64,000 bases of DNA. Origin: Clostridia bacterium (GTDB lineage Bacteria; Bacillota; Clostridia; Christensenellales; CAG-138). The stretch lies in contig JAFZRT010000060.1 of assembly GCA_017619735.1 (NCBI GenBank), positions 13,036 to 77,035 of the forward strand, read 5' to 3'. A program made the position numbers and the translations under genes. Every line of letters starts with the position of its first letter. Position 1 is the first letter of the stretch. Positions 1 through 8,982 of the stretch are shown piece after piece. The notes under the pieces are model-generated. The model was not told the DNA's origin. It searched no databases and was given only the letters and a program-made list of their open reading frames with translations.

Positions 1-827
1 TATACTGCGCGTACGATTCCTCCGACTGCTGGGCCATGCGTGAAAACTTCCGCTTCGACAAGGACGGCCGGCCCGTCGAGGTAGCCGGCGTTCCCCCCGA
101 TTATTTCTGCGAGGACGGCCAGCTGTGGGGCAACCCGGTCTACAACTGGTCCCGCATGAAGAGGGACGGCTTCCGCTTCTGGATGGCGCGTCTGCGCCGC
201 TGCGCGGAGCTTTACGACATACTCCGCATCGACCATTTCCGCGGATTCGCCTCCTACTACGCAGTGCCCGCCGGAGCGGAAAACGCGAGGAACGGCGTCT
301 GGCGCAAGGCCGAGGGCCGTCGGCTCTTTGAAAAGGCCGCCCAGGAGAATCTGCCCGTGGAGATAGTCGCGGAGGATCTGGGCTTCATCACGAAGGACGT
401 TACCATGCTGCTGAAGCGCACCGGCTTTGCCGGCATGCAGGTAATGGAGTTCGCCTTTGACAACGACCGACGCAACCCGCACAAGAACCGCATGTGGGAC
501 GGCGATCCCGCAACGCTCCGCAACAAGATCGCCTACACCGGCACGCATGACAATCCGCCCCTCGCCGCATGGTGGGAGGAGACGGACGAAGCGACCCGCA
601 GGATCGCGCGCCGCTACGCCAAGACGAAGGATCTGCCCGCGGGCATCGTCCGCGCGGTCGCCCGCTGCGACGCGAGGTTCATCGTGATCCCCGTGCAGGA
701 CGTTCTGCTGCTCGGCGCCGAAACAAGGATAAACACCCCCGCCACCGCCTCCGGCAACTGGTGCTGGCGCGCGACGGAAGATGATCTCGCCTCCGCCGCG
801 GAAAAGATAAAAACTCTATTCGAATAA
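1..827 (+). CDS. malQ: 4-alpha-glucanotransferase (amylomaltase), C-terminal part; 5' end lies upstream of the window
   Basis: Reading frame of ORF 36..827 stays open to the window edge. GH77-like motifs RIDHFRGF, VAEDLGF and YTGTHDNPP are in the translation. Confidence 0.85.
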   Translation, partial: YCAYDSSDCWAMRENFRFDKDGRPVEVAGVPPDYFCEDGQLWGNPVYNWSRMKRDGFRFWMARLRRCAELYDILRIDHFRGFASYYAVPAGAENARNGVWRKAEGRRLFEKAAQENLPVEIVAEDLGFITKDVTMLLKRTGFAGMQVMEFAFDNDRRNPHKNRMWDGDPATLRNKIAYTGTHDNPPLAAWWEETDEATRRIARRYAKTKDLPAGIVRAVARCDARFIVIPVQDVLLLGAETRINTPATASGNWCWRATEDDLASAAEKIKTLFE

Positions 828-842
828 CGAGGTAATAACTAT

Positions 843-3215
843 ATGTTGATGGATGCAAAAGGCATTATACGCAGAGCCGAAGAAGAGCTGCGCAGCGAAT
901 ATCTGGTCGAGCTCAACGAGGCGACCGTCCCGCAGCTCCATCGCGCGCTCTCCAACGCGGTCATGTACGCCATGAGCGACGACTGGCGCAGGAGCCGCCG
1001 CGCTCACGAGCAGACCCGCAGGGCCTACTACCTTTCCGCCGAGTATCTCACGGGGCGCATGGTCTACAACAACCTTTACGCGCTCGGCATACTCGAGGAG
1101 ATCCGCAGCCTTTTGAAGCTCCGCGGCGTCGATATCTCCGTAATGGAGGACATCGAGGACTGCGCGCTGGGCAACGGCGGTCTCGGCCGTCTCGCCGCGT
1201 GCTTCCTTGACAGCGCCGCGACTCACGACCTGCCGCTGGACGGCTACGGTCTGCGCTATAAGTTCGGCCTTTTCAAGCAGGATTTCCATGACGGGTTCCA
1301 GATGGAGCTCGCCGACAACTGGCAGAAATACGGCGATCCCTGGAGCCGCCGCCGCGACGACAAGGCCGTGGTGGTCGAGTTCGCGGGCCAGTCCGTAATG
1401 GCCGTTCCCTACGACATGCCCATAATCGGCTACCGCACGGACAACGTCGGCACTCTGCGCCTCTGGCAGTCCGAGCCCATCGAGGAGCTCAATTTCGCGC
1501 TGTTCAACGCGCAGGAATACGCCCTTGCCGTGAGGGAGAAGAACCAGGTCGAGGATATCACACGCGTGCTCTATCCCAACGACTCCACCGAGGCGGGCAA
1601 GAAGCTGCGCCTCAAGCAGCAGTACTTCCTCTCCTCCGCTTCCATGCAGGATATCGTCAGGCGCTACAAGCGCGTCCGCGGGAACGACTTTACGGGGTTC
1701 GCCGCGCACACCGCGATACAGCTCAACGACACGCACCCGACGATCTCCATACCGGAGCTCATGCGCCTGCTAATGAAGGAGGGCATGGATTTCGAATCCG
1801 CTCTCGACACCGCAAGGCAGACCTTCAACTACACCAACCATACGCTGATGAGCGAGGCGCTTGAAAAGTGGAACATCGACCTAATCCGCGCCGTAGTGCC
1901 CAATATGCTCGACGTGATCGTCCGCATCGACGAACAGCTCGTCACCGAGCTCAGGCAGAAGTCCGTGCCCGAGGACAGGATCGCGCGCATGCGCATCGTC
2001 GACGGCGGGCTCGTTCACATGGCGCGGCTCGCGGCCTACGTCTCGACCTACATCAACGGCGTAGCGGAGATCCACTCCGAGCTTTTGAAGACGAGCGTGC
2101 TCTCCGACTGGTACGCGGTCTATCCCGAGCGCTTCCTCAACATGACCAACGGCATTACCCCGCGCCGCTGGCTCGGCCTGTGCAACCCCGACCTAACGAA
2201 GATGCTCAGCGACAAGATCGGCGACGGGTTCCTGAAGGATCTGTCCCGCATAGCGGATTTCCGCCCGCATATCGACGACGCCGCCGTTCGCCGCTTCCGC
2301 GAGGTCAAGCAGCATATGAAAAACCGCCTTTCCCGCCTCATAGCGGAGAAGGAGGGCGTGCAGATACCCTCCGGGTTCGTTTTCGACGTGCAGGTCAAGC
2401 GCATGCACGAGTATAAGCGCCAGCTGATGAACGCGCTGTCCATAATGCACATCTATTACAGCATCAAGGACGGAAGTCTTAAGGATATGCCCCCGACGGC
2501 GTTCATATTCGGCGCGAAGGCCGCTCCCGGCTACATAATGGCGAAGAACGTCATCAAATACATCAACGACATCGCGGCGCTCGTCAACAACGATCCCGAC
2601 GTGAACGACCGCATGCGCGTTGTGTTCGTCCGCAACTACAACTGCTCCTACGCCGAGCACATAATCCCCGCCGCGGATATCTCCGAGCAGATCTCCCCCG
2701 CCGGCACCGAGGCCTCCGGCACGGGCAACATGAAGCTCATGCTGAACGGCGCCGTAACTCTCGGCACGTACGACGGAGCCAATATCGAGATCGTGCGCGA
2801 GGCGGGCGAGGAGAACAACTACATATTCGGCGCCCGCGTAGACGAGCTCGAGCGCGTCCGTCCCGGCTACAGCCCGATGGATATCTACAACTCCGATCCC
2901 CTCGTCAAGAGGGCGGTCGACTCGCTCATCAACGGCACCGTCTCCAGGAACGAGGATTCCCGCCGCGTGCTGCTGGAGATCTACAACTCCCTGCTCATAG
3001 GCGACTGGCGCAAGCCGGATTACTACTTCTCGCTCTACGACCTGCACGGCTACGTCGATACGAAGCTGCGCGCGATCTACGACACGCGCGACGCCGACGC
3101 CTTCGCTAAGAAGTGCCTGATGAACGTGGTCGCCGCGGGCAAGTTCTCCAGCGACCGCACCATCGCCCAGTACGCGGACGAGATCTGGCACATAGGCGAG
3201 ATCGAGGAGCTTTGA
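843..3215 (+). CDS. glgP: alpha-glucan (glycogen/maltodextrin) phosphorylase
   Basis: 790-aa ORF with the GT35 pyridoxal-phosphate lysine motif EASGTGNMKLMLNGA. A GAGG lies about 8 nt upstream of the ATG, and the gene follows malQ by 15 nt. Confidence 0.9.
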   Translation: MLMDAKGIIRRAEEELRSEYLVELNEATVPQLHRALSNAVMYAMSDDWRRSRRAHEQTRRAYYLSAEYLTGRMVYNNLYALGILEEIRSLLKLRGVDISVMEDIEDCALGNGGLGRLAACFLDSAATHDLPLDGYGLRYKFGLFKQDFHDGFQMELADNWQKYGDPWSRRRDDKAVVVEFAGQSVMAVPYDMPIIGYRTDNVGTLRLWQSEPIEELNFALFNAQEYALAVREKNQVEDITRVLYPNDSTEAGKKLRLKQQYFLSSASMQDIVRRYKRVRGNDFTGFAAHTAIQLNDTHPTISIPELMRLLMKEGMDFESALDTARQTFNYTNHTLMSEALEKWNIDLIRAVVPNMLDVIVRIDEQLVTELRQKSVPEDRIARMRIVDGGLVHMARLAAYVSTYINGVAEIHSELLKTSVLSDWYAVYPERFLNMTNGITPRRWLGLCNPDLTKMLSDKIGDGFLKDLSRIADFRPHIDDAAVRRFREVKQHMKNRLSRLIAEKEGVQIPSGFVFDVQVKRMHEYKRQLMNALSIMHIYYSIKDGSLKDMPPTAFIFGAKAAPGYIMAKNVIKYINDIAALVNNDPDVNDRMRVVFVRNYNCSYAEHIIPAADISEQISPAGTEASGTGNMKLMLNGAVTLGTYDGANIEIVREAGEENNYIFGARVDELERVRPGYSPMDIYNSDPLVKRAVDSLINGTVSRNEDSRRVLLEIYNSLLIGDWRKPDYYFSLYDLHGYVDTKLRAIYDTRDADAFAKKCLMNVVAAGKFSSDRTIAQYADEIWHIGEIEEL

Positions 3216-3241
3216 CCCGAAAAATATCTTTTTCGCGGCTA

Positions 3242-3269
3242 TTGCATTTCCGCCCGCCGCGGATATAAT
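3242..3269 (+). promoter_or_regulatory. candidate sigma-A promoter (TTGCAT-16-TATAAT)
   Basis: Hexamers read directly at 3242..3247 and 3264..3269, about 35 nt upstream of the 3303 ATG. Confidence 0.35.
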
Positions 3270-3302
3270 AATACCGAAGATCCACAAAAGGAGGGCTTTA
3301 TC

Positions 3303-3509
3303 ATGGAGATCAACAAGAACATGACCATCGAAAACGTCCTTGCCGTTGACCGCGGCATCGCCAATATCCTTATGGCGAGCGGCATGCACTGCCTCGGCTG
3401 CATCATGGCGAGCGGCGAAAGCCTCGAGCAGGCCTGCGCCGTACACGGCATCGACTGCGATCAGCTCGTTGCGACCATCAACGATTGGCTCGCTCAGAAG
3501 AACGCGTAA
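3303..3509 (+). CDS. DUF1858-type small redox-disulfide domain protein (hybrid-cluster-protein associated family)
   Basis: 68-aa ORF with GMHCLGC and a family-typical N-terminus (NMTIENVL...). AAGGAGGG RBS lies upstream. Confidence 0.7.
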   Translation: MEINKNMTIENVLAVDRGIANILMASGMHCLGCIMASGESLEQACAVHGIDCDQLVATINDWLAQKNA

Positions 3510-3522
3510 TACAGCGGAACAG

Positions 3523-3553
3523 AGCGGAAGTATGGATACTTCCGCTTTTTTTC
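3523..3553 (+). terminator. intrinsic terminator
   Basis: Stem agcggaagta/tacttccgct with a 4-nt loop, followed by a T7 run. Confidence 0.6.
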
Positions 3554-3612
3554 TTGCCCGAAAGCCGCGGCTGTGGTATCATTAACAGGTCAATAACAAA
3601 AGGAGAAGCGCA

Positions 3613-4524
3613 ATGAAGCTCAACGAAAACATACTTTACTCCCCCGAAGCGGCGGAGGCGATCGAAAACGGCCGCCCCGTGATAGCTCTGGAAAGCACCA
3701 TCATCTCCCACGGCATGCCCTATCCCCGCAACGTGGAGACGGCGAAGATGTGCGAGGCCGTCGCCCGTGAAAACGGCGTGACGCCCGCGACCTGCGCGAT
3801 ACTTGGCGGGAAGCTCTGCGTCGGCCTGACCGACGAACAGCTCGAATACCTCGGCCGCGCGGGAGCCGCCGTCACAAAGGCGAGCCGCCGCGATATCGCG
3901 GTCATCGCCGCGGCGGGCGGCGACGGAGCTCTTACCGTGGCCGGCACGATGATACTCGCGCAGATGGCGGGTATAAAGGTGTTCGCGACGGGCGGCATCG
4001 GCGGCGTCCACAGGGGCGCGGCGCAGACCATGGATATCTCCGCCGACCTAGACGAGCTCGGCCGCACCTCCGTTATGGTAGTCTGCGCTGGAGCCAAGAG
4101 CATACTCGACATAGGCCTCACTCTCGAATACCTCGAGACCCGCGGCGTGCCCGTGATCGGCTACGGCACGGACGAGATGCCCGCCTTCTACACCCGCAGC
4201 AGCGGGTTCGGCGTGGATTACCGCATGGACGAGCCCGAGACCATCGCGGCGGCGTTCGCCGAAAAGCTGCGTTTGGGCATCGCGGGCGGCATGCTGGTCG
4301 TCAATCCCGTGCCCGAGGAGTACTCCATGGACCGCGAAAGGATCGACGCGGTGATAGAGGCGGCGGTCAAAAAGGCCGAGGCGCTCGGCGTGAAGGGCAA
4401 GAAGATCACCCCCTTCCTCCTTGCGGAGATAAAGGACGTCACCGGCGGCGAGAGTCTCGAAACGAACATCGCGCTCGTGCTGAACAACGTCCGGCTGGCC
4501 TCGCTCATCGCGAAAGCGCTGTAA
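3613..4524 (+). CDS. psuG: pseudouridine-5'-phosphate glycosidase
   Basis: 303-aa ORF with the N-terminal motif ALESTIISHGMPYPRN typical of PsuG/YeiN. AAAGGAGAAG RBS. Confidence 0.85.
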   Translation: MKLNENILYSPEAAEAIENGRPVIALESTIISHGMPYPRNVETAKMCEAVARENGVTPATCAILGGKLCVGLTDEQLEYLGRAGAAVTKASRRDIAVIAAAGGDGALTVAGTMILAQMAGIKVFATGGIGGVHRGAAQTMDISADLDELGRTSVMVVCAGAKSILDIGLTLEYLETRGVPVIGYGTDEMPAFYTRSSGFGVDYRMDEPETIAAAFAEKLRLGIAGGMLVVNPVPEEYSMDRERIDAVIEAAVKKAEALGVKGKKITPFLLAEIKDVTGGESLETNIALVLNNVRLASLIAKAL

Positions 4525-4534
4525 AAAGCAAATA

Positions 4535-4575
4535 AAAAACGGCGTCCCGTTTTCATGGGACGCCGTTTTTGTTTG
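4535..4575. terminator. bidirectional intrinsic terminator between convergent psuG and the M16 peptidase gene
   Basis: Stem aaaaacggcgtccc/gggacgccgttttt, flanked by an A-run and a T-run. Confidence 0.6.
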
Positions 4576-4580
4576 TCTCA

Positions 4581-7454
4581 TCAGCCCTCGAACACGGGCA
4601 TATCGCCGAACTCGGCGAGGGCGGCGTCGCTGCCGACCACGCAGATCCTGCCCTCCTCGGCACACCTCGTGAGTATGGGACGCAGCGCGAGCAGGCTTTC
4701 CCTGCTCGTCGCAAGCATCTCGCGGCGAAGCTTCCTCAGATCCTCATCCGTCTTGCCGTCCAGCACGAGCATATCGGCCGCGGCGCCCTCCTCCGCGGGG
4801 GAAAGCAGGGGCTCGGTGTCGCCCACGGCGGAGATGATGTACTTGACTATATCCTCGTCGCCCTCGCAGAAGGAGGTCATGAAATCGGCCTCCTCGCCGT
4901 AAACGCCTATGCTCCTTGCGGGGGAGGGATCGCGGTAGGAATAGTGGCAGATGACGCCCCTGTCGTTTACGTTGAGGCCGACGCCGTAAGCGCCGCCCTG
5001 TACGCGCACGCGGTTCCAGAGGAACGCGAGGCTGATTATTTTGCGCGCGACCTTCATGGAGCCGTTCATCTCGGGGTAGTCCACGCCCTTTTCGGCAAAG
5101 CTCGCCTGCGCGGGGATGCGCACGCCGAACTTATCGGGGCAGGGCGAATCGTAATGCACCTCGGGCTCGGCGGGCTCGCCTGCGGGAAGCGCATCCGCCA
5201 GTTTGCAGAGGCAGGGCTTTTCCGTGGCGGTGAGACCTGCGGTGAGGCGCGCCTTCGCAAAGGCGTTGTCGCGTATGCTCTCCATGACGGACTTGAGCTC
5301 CGCGGCTTTTTCGTCAAAGCTCTTCGCAAGCTCCTTTATGTAGCTACGGAAGGTATAGCCGGAGGTCGCCTCCGTCACGACTGCGGAGGAGAGATAATGG
5401 CTCGTGACGGCGGTAAGGCCCATCACGTGGCCCGCCATTATCGCGCGCTGACGGGTCATTTCGTTGATCTGGAGCACGTTTTCCTTTATGCGGTCGAGAT
5501 CGTCGAATTCGGTCTCGAGCAGTATCTCGCCTATGAGCTCCTCCGCCTTTTCGACGTTTTCATCCAGCACGTCGCAGGAGACGGCGAAATACGGGGTGCA
5601 GGCATCGGGCCTGCGCATGGAGGCCTTGATCTCGAACTTGATGCGGCCGATATAGGTCTTTATGAGCTTCTGCAGCTCGGAGGCGGAATGGGACTTTGTG
5701 GGCAGCTTCGTCATGAGCGCCGCCATGAGCCCCGCCGCGGAGAGCCCGCGCACGCAGAGGTCGGAGATGTTGAAATAGAGGTTGATATGGCTTATTCCGT
5801 GGGAGGGCACCGCGTGATACATCACGGGGAAGCCCTTTTTGCCGCAGAGCTTGGTCGGAGTGATCATCGGCTCGGGGCTGACCTCGGAAAGGGGCAGCAC
5901 GGGGAGCTTTGCGGTATCCGCGGGATCGTCGGGGTTATCCTGCCAGACGTGCAGGCGGTCGTTCGCCGCCTTGAGCTCTTCCTTCTCGGCGTCGGTGAGG
6001 GCGGCGTAGATCGCCTCGGCGCGGGCGGCCTCCTCCTGCCTCAGCTTTTCGCCGTATTCGGCGGAGGGCAGGACAGTCAGGCGGCACATGGCGTCGAAAT
6101 CGAAGAGCTCGGCCAGCAGCTTATCGAAGCCGCCGTTCTCGATCTCCCCGCGCAGGGCGGCGATATCGGCGTCGTTTTCAAGGAGGAGCATCGGATCGCC
6201 GCCGTAGAGCGAGCTCTGATAGCTCATAATGCAGCGGATGAGGGCCGCGGGCTCCTGCATATCCTTCATGCGGAAGGCCAAACGGTTGAGGTGCGCGGTA
6301 AGCAGCTCCTTGTCGAGCCCCTCCTTCAGCAGGCCGTTTACGACCTCCTCCGTCTTTTCGCGGATGGCGGCGGCCTTGTCCGCCTCGGTATTGCGCACGA
6401 CAAGGGCAAGCACCGCCTGCGCAATGCCGTCCTGCATGGTGAGCTCCACGTCTTCGCCGAGACCCGCCTCGAGTATCGCGCGCTTCAAGGGCGCCTCGTT
6501 GGTGTCGGCAAGCAGGCTGCACAATACTTCCGCCATCATAAGGCGGCGCTTGTCGGCCCATGTGCCGATGGTCCTCGCGTAGGCGACGGAAGCGCGGTTT
6601 TCGGCGGGATCCTCCGCGCCGATCTCGTAATAGACGGTGCTCTCGTCTTGGCGGGGAGCTTGGACGGGTATCTCATGCAGGGCTTCCTGCTTTTCGTAGC
6701 GCGATACGTAGGAATCGATGAGCGCGAGCGTCTCGTCAAGGGGCACGTCGCCGTCAAGGAACACCCTCGCGTTGGAGGCGTGATAGTATTTGCGGTACAT
6801 CGCCTTGTACATATCGTAGGTGAGATCCGGGATATGCACGGGATCGCCGCCGGAATTGAAGCCGTAGCAATTATCCGGGAAGAGGAGCGCGGTCACGCCC
6901 TCCTCGAGGATATCGTCAAGGCCGGAGGTCGCGCCCTTCATCTCGTTGTAAACGACGCCGTTAATATAGGGCTTGCCGTTCTCGTCGAGCTCAAGGCGCC
7001 AGCCCTCCTGACGGAAGGCGTTGGGATCGGTCACGCAGCGCGGCGCGAAGACCGCGTCGAGATAGACCTCCGTGAGATTGAGGTAATCGCGCACATTGCG
7101 GGAGGAAACGGGATAGATGGTCTTGTCGGGAAATGTCATCGCGTTGAGGAAGGTGTTCATCGAGCTCTTGACGAGATCGACGAAGGGCTCTTTCACGGGG
7201 TACTTTTCGGAGCCGCAGAGCACCGAATGCTCGAGTATGTGGAATACGCCCGTGGAATCCTCCGGCAGGGTCTTGAAGCCCACGCAGAAGAGCTTGTTCG
7301 TTTCGCCGTTATCGACCCAGCACAGCTCCGTGCCGACCTTTTCATGGCGCATTTCAACAAATCTGCCGCCGAGCTCCGCGGATTCGCGGATGCGCTCCAC
7401 GCGGAAGCCGTGTATCACATTGCCTGTTTCGAGTTTCAATGGTTTGTCCTCCAT
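4581..7454 (-). CDS. insulinase-family zinc metallopeptidase (M16C, PreP-like)
   Basis: 957-aa ORF with the inverted zinc motif HILEH (FHILEHSVLCGSEKYP) near the N-terminus. The length fits two-lobed M16C enzymes. Confidence 0.85.
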   Translation of the reverse strand: MEDKPLKLETGNVIHGFRVERIRESAELGGRFVEMRHEKVGTELCWVDNGETNKLFCVGFKTLPEDSTGVFHILEHSVLCGSEKYPVKEPFVDLVKSSMNTFLNAMTFPDKTIYPVSSRNVRDYLNLTEVYLDAVFAPRCVTDPNAFRQEGWRLELDENGKPYINGVVYNEMKGATSGLDDILEEGVTALLFPDNCYGFNSGGDPVHIPDLTYDMYKAMYRKYYHASNARVFLDGDVPLDETLALIDSYVSRYEKQEALHEIPVQAPRQDESTVYYEIGAEDPAENRASVAYARTIGTWADKRRLMMAEVLCSLLADTNEAPLKRAILEAGLGEDVELTMQDGIAQAVLALVVRNTEADKAAAIREKTEEVVNGLLKEGLDKELLTAHLNRLAFRMKDMQEPAALIRCIMSYQSSLYGGDPMLLLENDADIAALRGEIENGGFDKLLAELFDFDAMCRLTVLPSAEYGEKLRQEEAARAEAIYAALTDAEKEELKAANDRLHVWQDNPDDPADTAKLPVLPLSEVSPEPMITPTKLCGKKGFPVMYHAVPSHGISHINLYFNISDLCVRGLSAAGLMAALMTKLPTKSHSASELQKLIKTYIGRIKFEIKASMRRPDACTPYFAVSCDVLDENVEKAEELIGEILLETEFDDLDRIKENVLQINEMTRQRAIMAGHVMGLTAVTSHYLSSAVVTEATSGYTFRSYIKELAKSFDEKAAELKSVMESIRDNAFAKARLTAGLTATEKPCLCKLADALPAGEPAEPEVHYDSPCPDKFGVRIPAQASFAEKGVDYPEMNGSMKVARKIISLAFLWNRVRVQGGAYGVGLNVNDRGVICHYSYRDPSPARSIGVYGEEADFMTSFCEGDEDIVKYIISAVGDTEPLLSPAEEGAAADMLVLDGKTDEDLRKLRREMLATSRESLLALRPILTRCAEEGRICVVGSDAALAEFGDMPVFEG

Positions 7455-7474
7455 ATCTTAATTTTGACACGTAT

Positions 7475-7503
7475 ATGATATCCCCGCCCGCGCCGTATGT
7501 CAA
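7475..7503 (-). promoter_or_regulatory. candidate sigma-A promoter for the M16 peptidase gene (TTGACA-17-TATCAT)
   Basis: Minus-strand hexamers are the reverse complement of 7498..7503 and 7475..7480, with a 17-nt spacer. Confidence 0.4.
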
Positions 7504-7578
7504 GGACGATCGCGGGCCGTCCCCTCCCCGGCTCACGCGGCGGCGATACACAATTTATCGTAATTCGATAAATAATTG

Positions 7579-7607
7579 TTGACAAGTGCACTGTGCCGTG
7601 CTATAAT
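7579..7607 (+). promoter_or_regulatory. consensus sigma-A promoter (TTGACA-17-TATAAT, TGc extended -10)
   Basis: Exact hexamers at 7579..7584 and 7602..7607, 30 nt upstream of the 7637 ATG. Confidence 0.5.
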
Positions 7608-7636
7608 GCCCGTATAAACGGAAAGGAGTTTTATTC

Positions 7637-8125
7637 ATGGATCAAAGGAAACTCTCGCTGCTGCTGAAGATAGTCATTATCGGCGTCGCTCTCTGCGCGG
7701 CGGCGGTCTATTTATGGATAGTGCCGGAGGTCTGCGGAAGGCCGCTCGCGGAGGCGGGCGACGGAGAGTTCGCGCATCTCTTCATCCCGTGGCTCATAAT
7801 CATCAGCGTCACCGCGCTGCCCGTAGCGGCCGCGCTCGTGCTGGCGTGGCTGATAGCGGCCAATATCGGCCGCGGCAGATCCTTCTGCCCGCAGAACGCG
7901 AAATACCTCTCCGTGATCGCCCTGCTCGCGGGGATCGACGCGGCGTACTTCTTCGCCGCGAGCGTGATACTGATGATAGTCACGCGCGTATGGCATCCCG
8001 GCGCGGTGCTGCTCGTGCTGTTCGCATGCTTCGCGGGGGCCGCCATCTGCGTCGCCGCGGCCGCGCTCTCCCATTACGCTTACAAGGCCGCCGCGCTGCA
8101 GGAGCAGAGCGACCTTACGATATGA
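7637..8125 (+). CDS. DUF2975-type four-helix membrane protein
   Basis: 162-aa ORF with four hydrophobic segments and the family-typical C-terminal ...EQSDLTI tail. The next gene is an HTH regulator, the usual partner of this family. Confidence 0.65.
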   Translation: MDQRKLSLLLKIVIIGVALCAAAVYLWIVPEVCGRPLAEAGDGEFAHLFIPWLIIISVTALPVAAALVLAWLIAANIGRGRSFCPQNAKYLSVIALLAGIDAAYFFAASVILMIVTRVWHPGAVLLVLFACFAGAAICVAAAALSHYAYKAAALQEQSDLTI

Positions 8126-8134
8126 GGTGATACC

Positions 8135-8383
8135 GTGGGCAACGATGAAATGATGGAGCTTTCAGCCCCCAACGGCGAGATAATATTCAACATCGACGTC
8201 ATGCTGGCCAAGCGCAAGATGAAGGTCGGCGACCTTGCGGAGAGGGTCGGGATAACCATATCCAACATCTCCATACTTAAGAACGGCCGCGCTAAGGCGA
8301 TAAAGGTCTCCACCCTGGCCCGCCTCTGCGACGTGCTCGACTGTCAGCCCGGGGATCTTCTGGAGTTCAGAAGGAAGGACTGA
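8135..8383 (+). CDS. XRE/Cro-type helix-turn-helix transcriptional regulator (YozG-like)
   Basis: 82-aa ORF containing NIDVMLAKRKMKVGDLAERVGITISNISILKNGRAKAIKVSTLARLCDVLDCQPGDLLEF. GTG start at 8135 with a GAGG 7 nt upstream; ATGs at 8150 and 8153 are alternative starts. Confidence 0.75.
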   Translation: MGNDEMMELSAPNGEIIFNIDVMLAKRKMKVGDLAERVGITISNISILKNGRAKAIKVSTLARLCDVLDCQPGDLLEFRRKD

Positions 8384-8400
8384 CGCCCCTTTGCGGGTGC

Positions 8401-8428
8401 GGCGGCGGTATGACCGCCGCCTTTTTTC
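8401..8428 (+). terminator. intrinsic terminator after the HTH gene
   Basis: Stem ggcggcgg/ccgccgcc with loop tatga, followed by T6. Confidence 0.55.
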
Positions 8429-8508
8429 ACCGATTTTCCGCCCGGCGCGTATTATATCCTGAGCGGTCACGGACCGTATCAAGTATTCCCTTCAAGGAGG
8501 TCTGTAAT

Positions 8509-8727
8509 ATGTGCAACGGTAATTTCGGCGACAACTGGTGGTGGGTCATAATCCTTCTGCTCCTGTTCGGCAACGGGAACATGGGCTGCGGCTGCGGTTG
8601 TGAGAACAACGGCTGCGGCGGCAACTGGTGGTGGCTCATCATACTCGCGCTGCTCGGCACCTGGGGCGGCTGCGGCTGTGAGAACGACAACCAGGGCTGC
8701 GGCTGCGGCAATTCCTGCGGCTGCTGA
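8509..8727 (+). CDS. 72-aa Cys/Gly/Trp-rich small hydrophobic protein with an internal duplication
   Basis: ATG at 8509 is 8 nt after AAGGAGG (8494..8500). The product is MCNGNFGDNWWWVIILLLLFGNGNMGCGCGCENNGCGGNWWWLIILALLGTWGGCGCENDNQGCGCGNSCGC. Hairpin terminators lie on both sides. The upstream part of track ORF 8410..8727 overlaps the preceding terminator and is probably not translated. Confidence 0.55.
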   Translation: MCNGNFGDNWWWVIILLLLFGNGNMGCGCGCENNGCGGNWWWLIILALLGTWGGCGCENDNQGCGCGNSCGC

Positions 8728-8777
8728 ACAGCTTCGCGCCCGAAAAGGAGGGGCCTCCCCTCCCCTTCGGGGCAGAG

Positions 8778-8811
8778 GCGCCGGCGCCGGTGACCGCCGG
8801 CGTCTTTTTTT
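8778..8811 (+). terminator. intrinsic terminator after the small peptide gene
   Basis: Palindromic cgccggcg ... cgccggcg stem followed by tcttttttt. Confidence 0.5.
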
Positions 8812-8982
8812 GCGCGCGAAAAGCCGATTTTCACCGCCGCGCGGGCTAAAATATATCCTCAAAACCCCTTTAACTGCCTTTTTTTTAGTTATATAATAAG
8901 GGAGATAATGCAAGGTATGCGGTTTTTTCCGCGGCCGAGCCCCAAGATCAATACAATTTCACGAAAAGAAAGGGGTAATATA

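Noticed and set aside
4569-7478. 969-aa ORF on the plus strand, with similar very long ORFs at 8959..10560, 11794..13293, 35968..37854, 40752..42608, 53273..55003 and elsewhere
   Set aside because: Each lies antisense to, or out of frame with, a gene that has clear family motifs. Their translations are low-complexity and rich in Arg, Gly, Ala and His, as expected for stop-poor alternate frames of high-GC DNA.
8427-8913. Pro/Gln/Ala-rich ORFs (135 and 144 aa) antisense to the Cys-rich peptide gene, and a 98-aa plus-strand Ala-rich ORF
   Set aside because: They are mirror or shifted readings of the GGCTGCGGC repeats. They have no RBS and they span the two terminator hairpins.
8811-8982. Expected glycine riboswitch upstream of gcvT
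   Set aside because: I looked for the conserved ACCGAAGGGGCAA / CTCTGGAGAG cores on the plus strand and did not find them. Only a weak promoter-like TATAAT (8892..8897) and a small hairpin are present. A cmsearch would settle the question.
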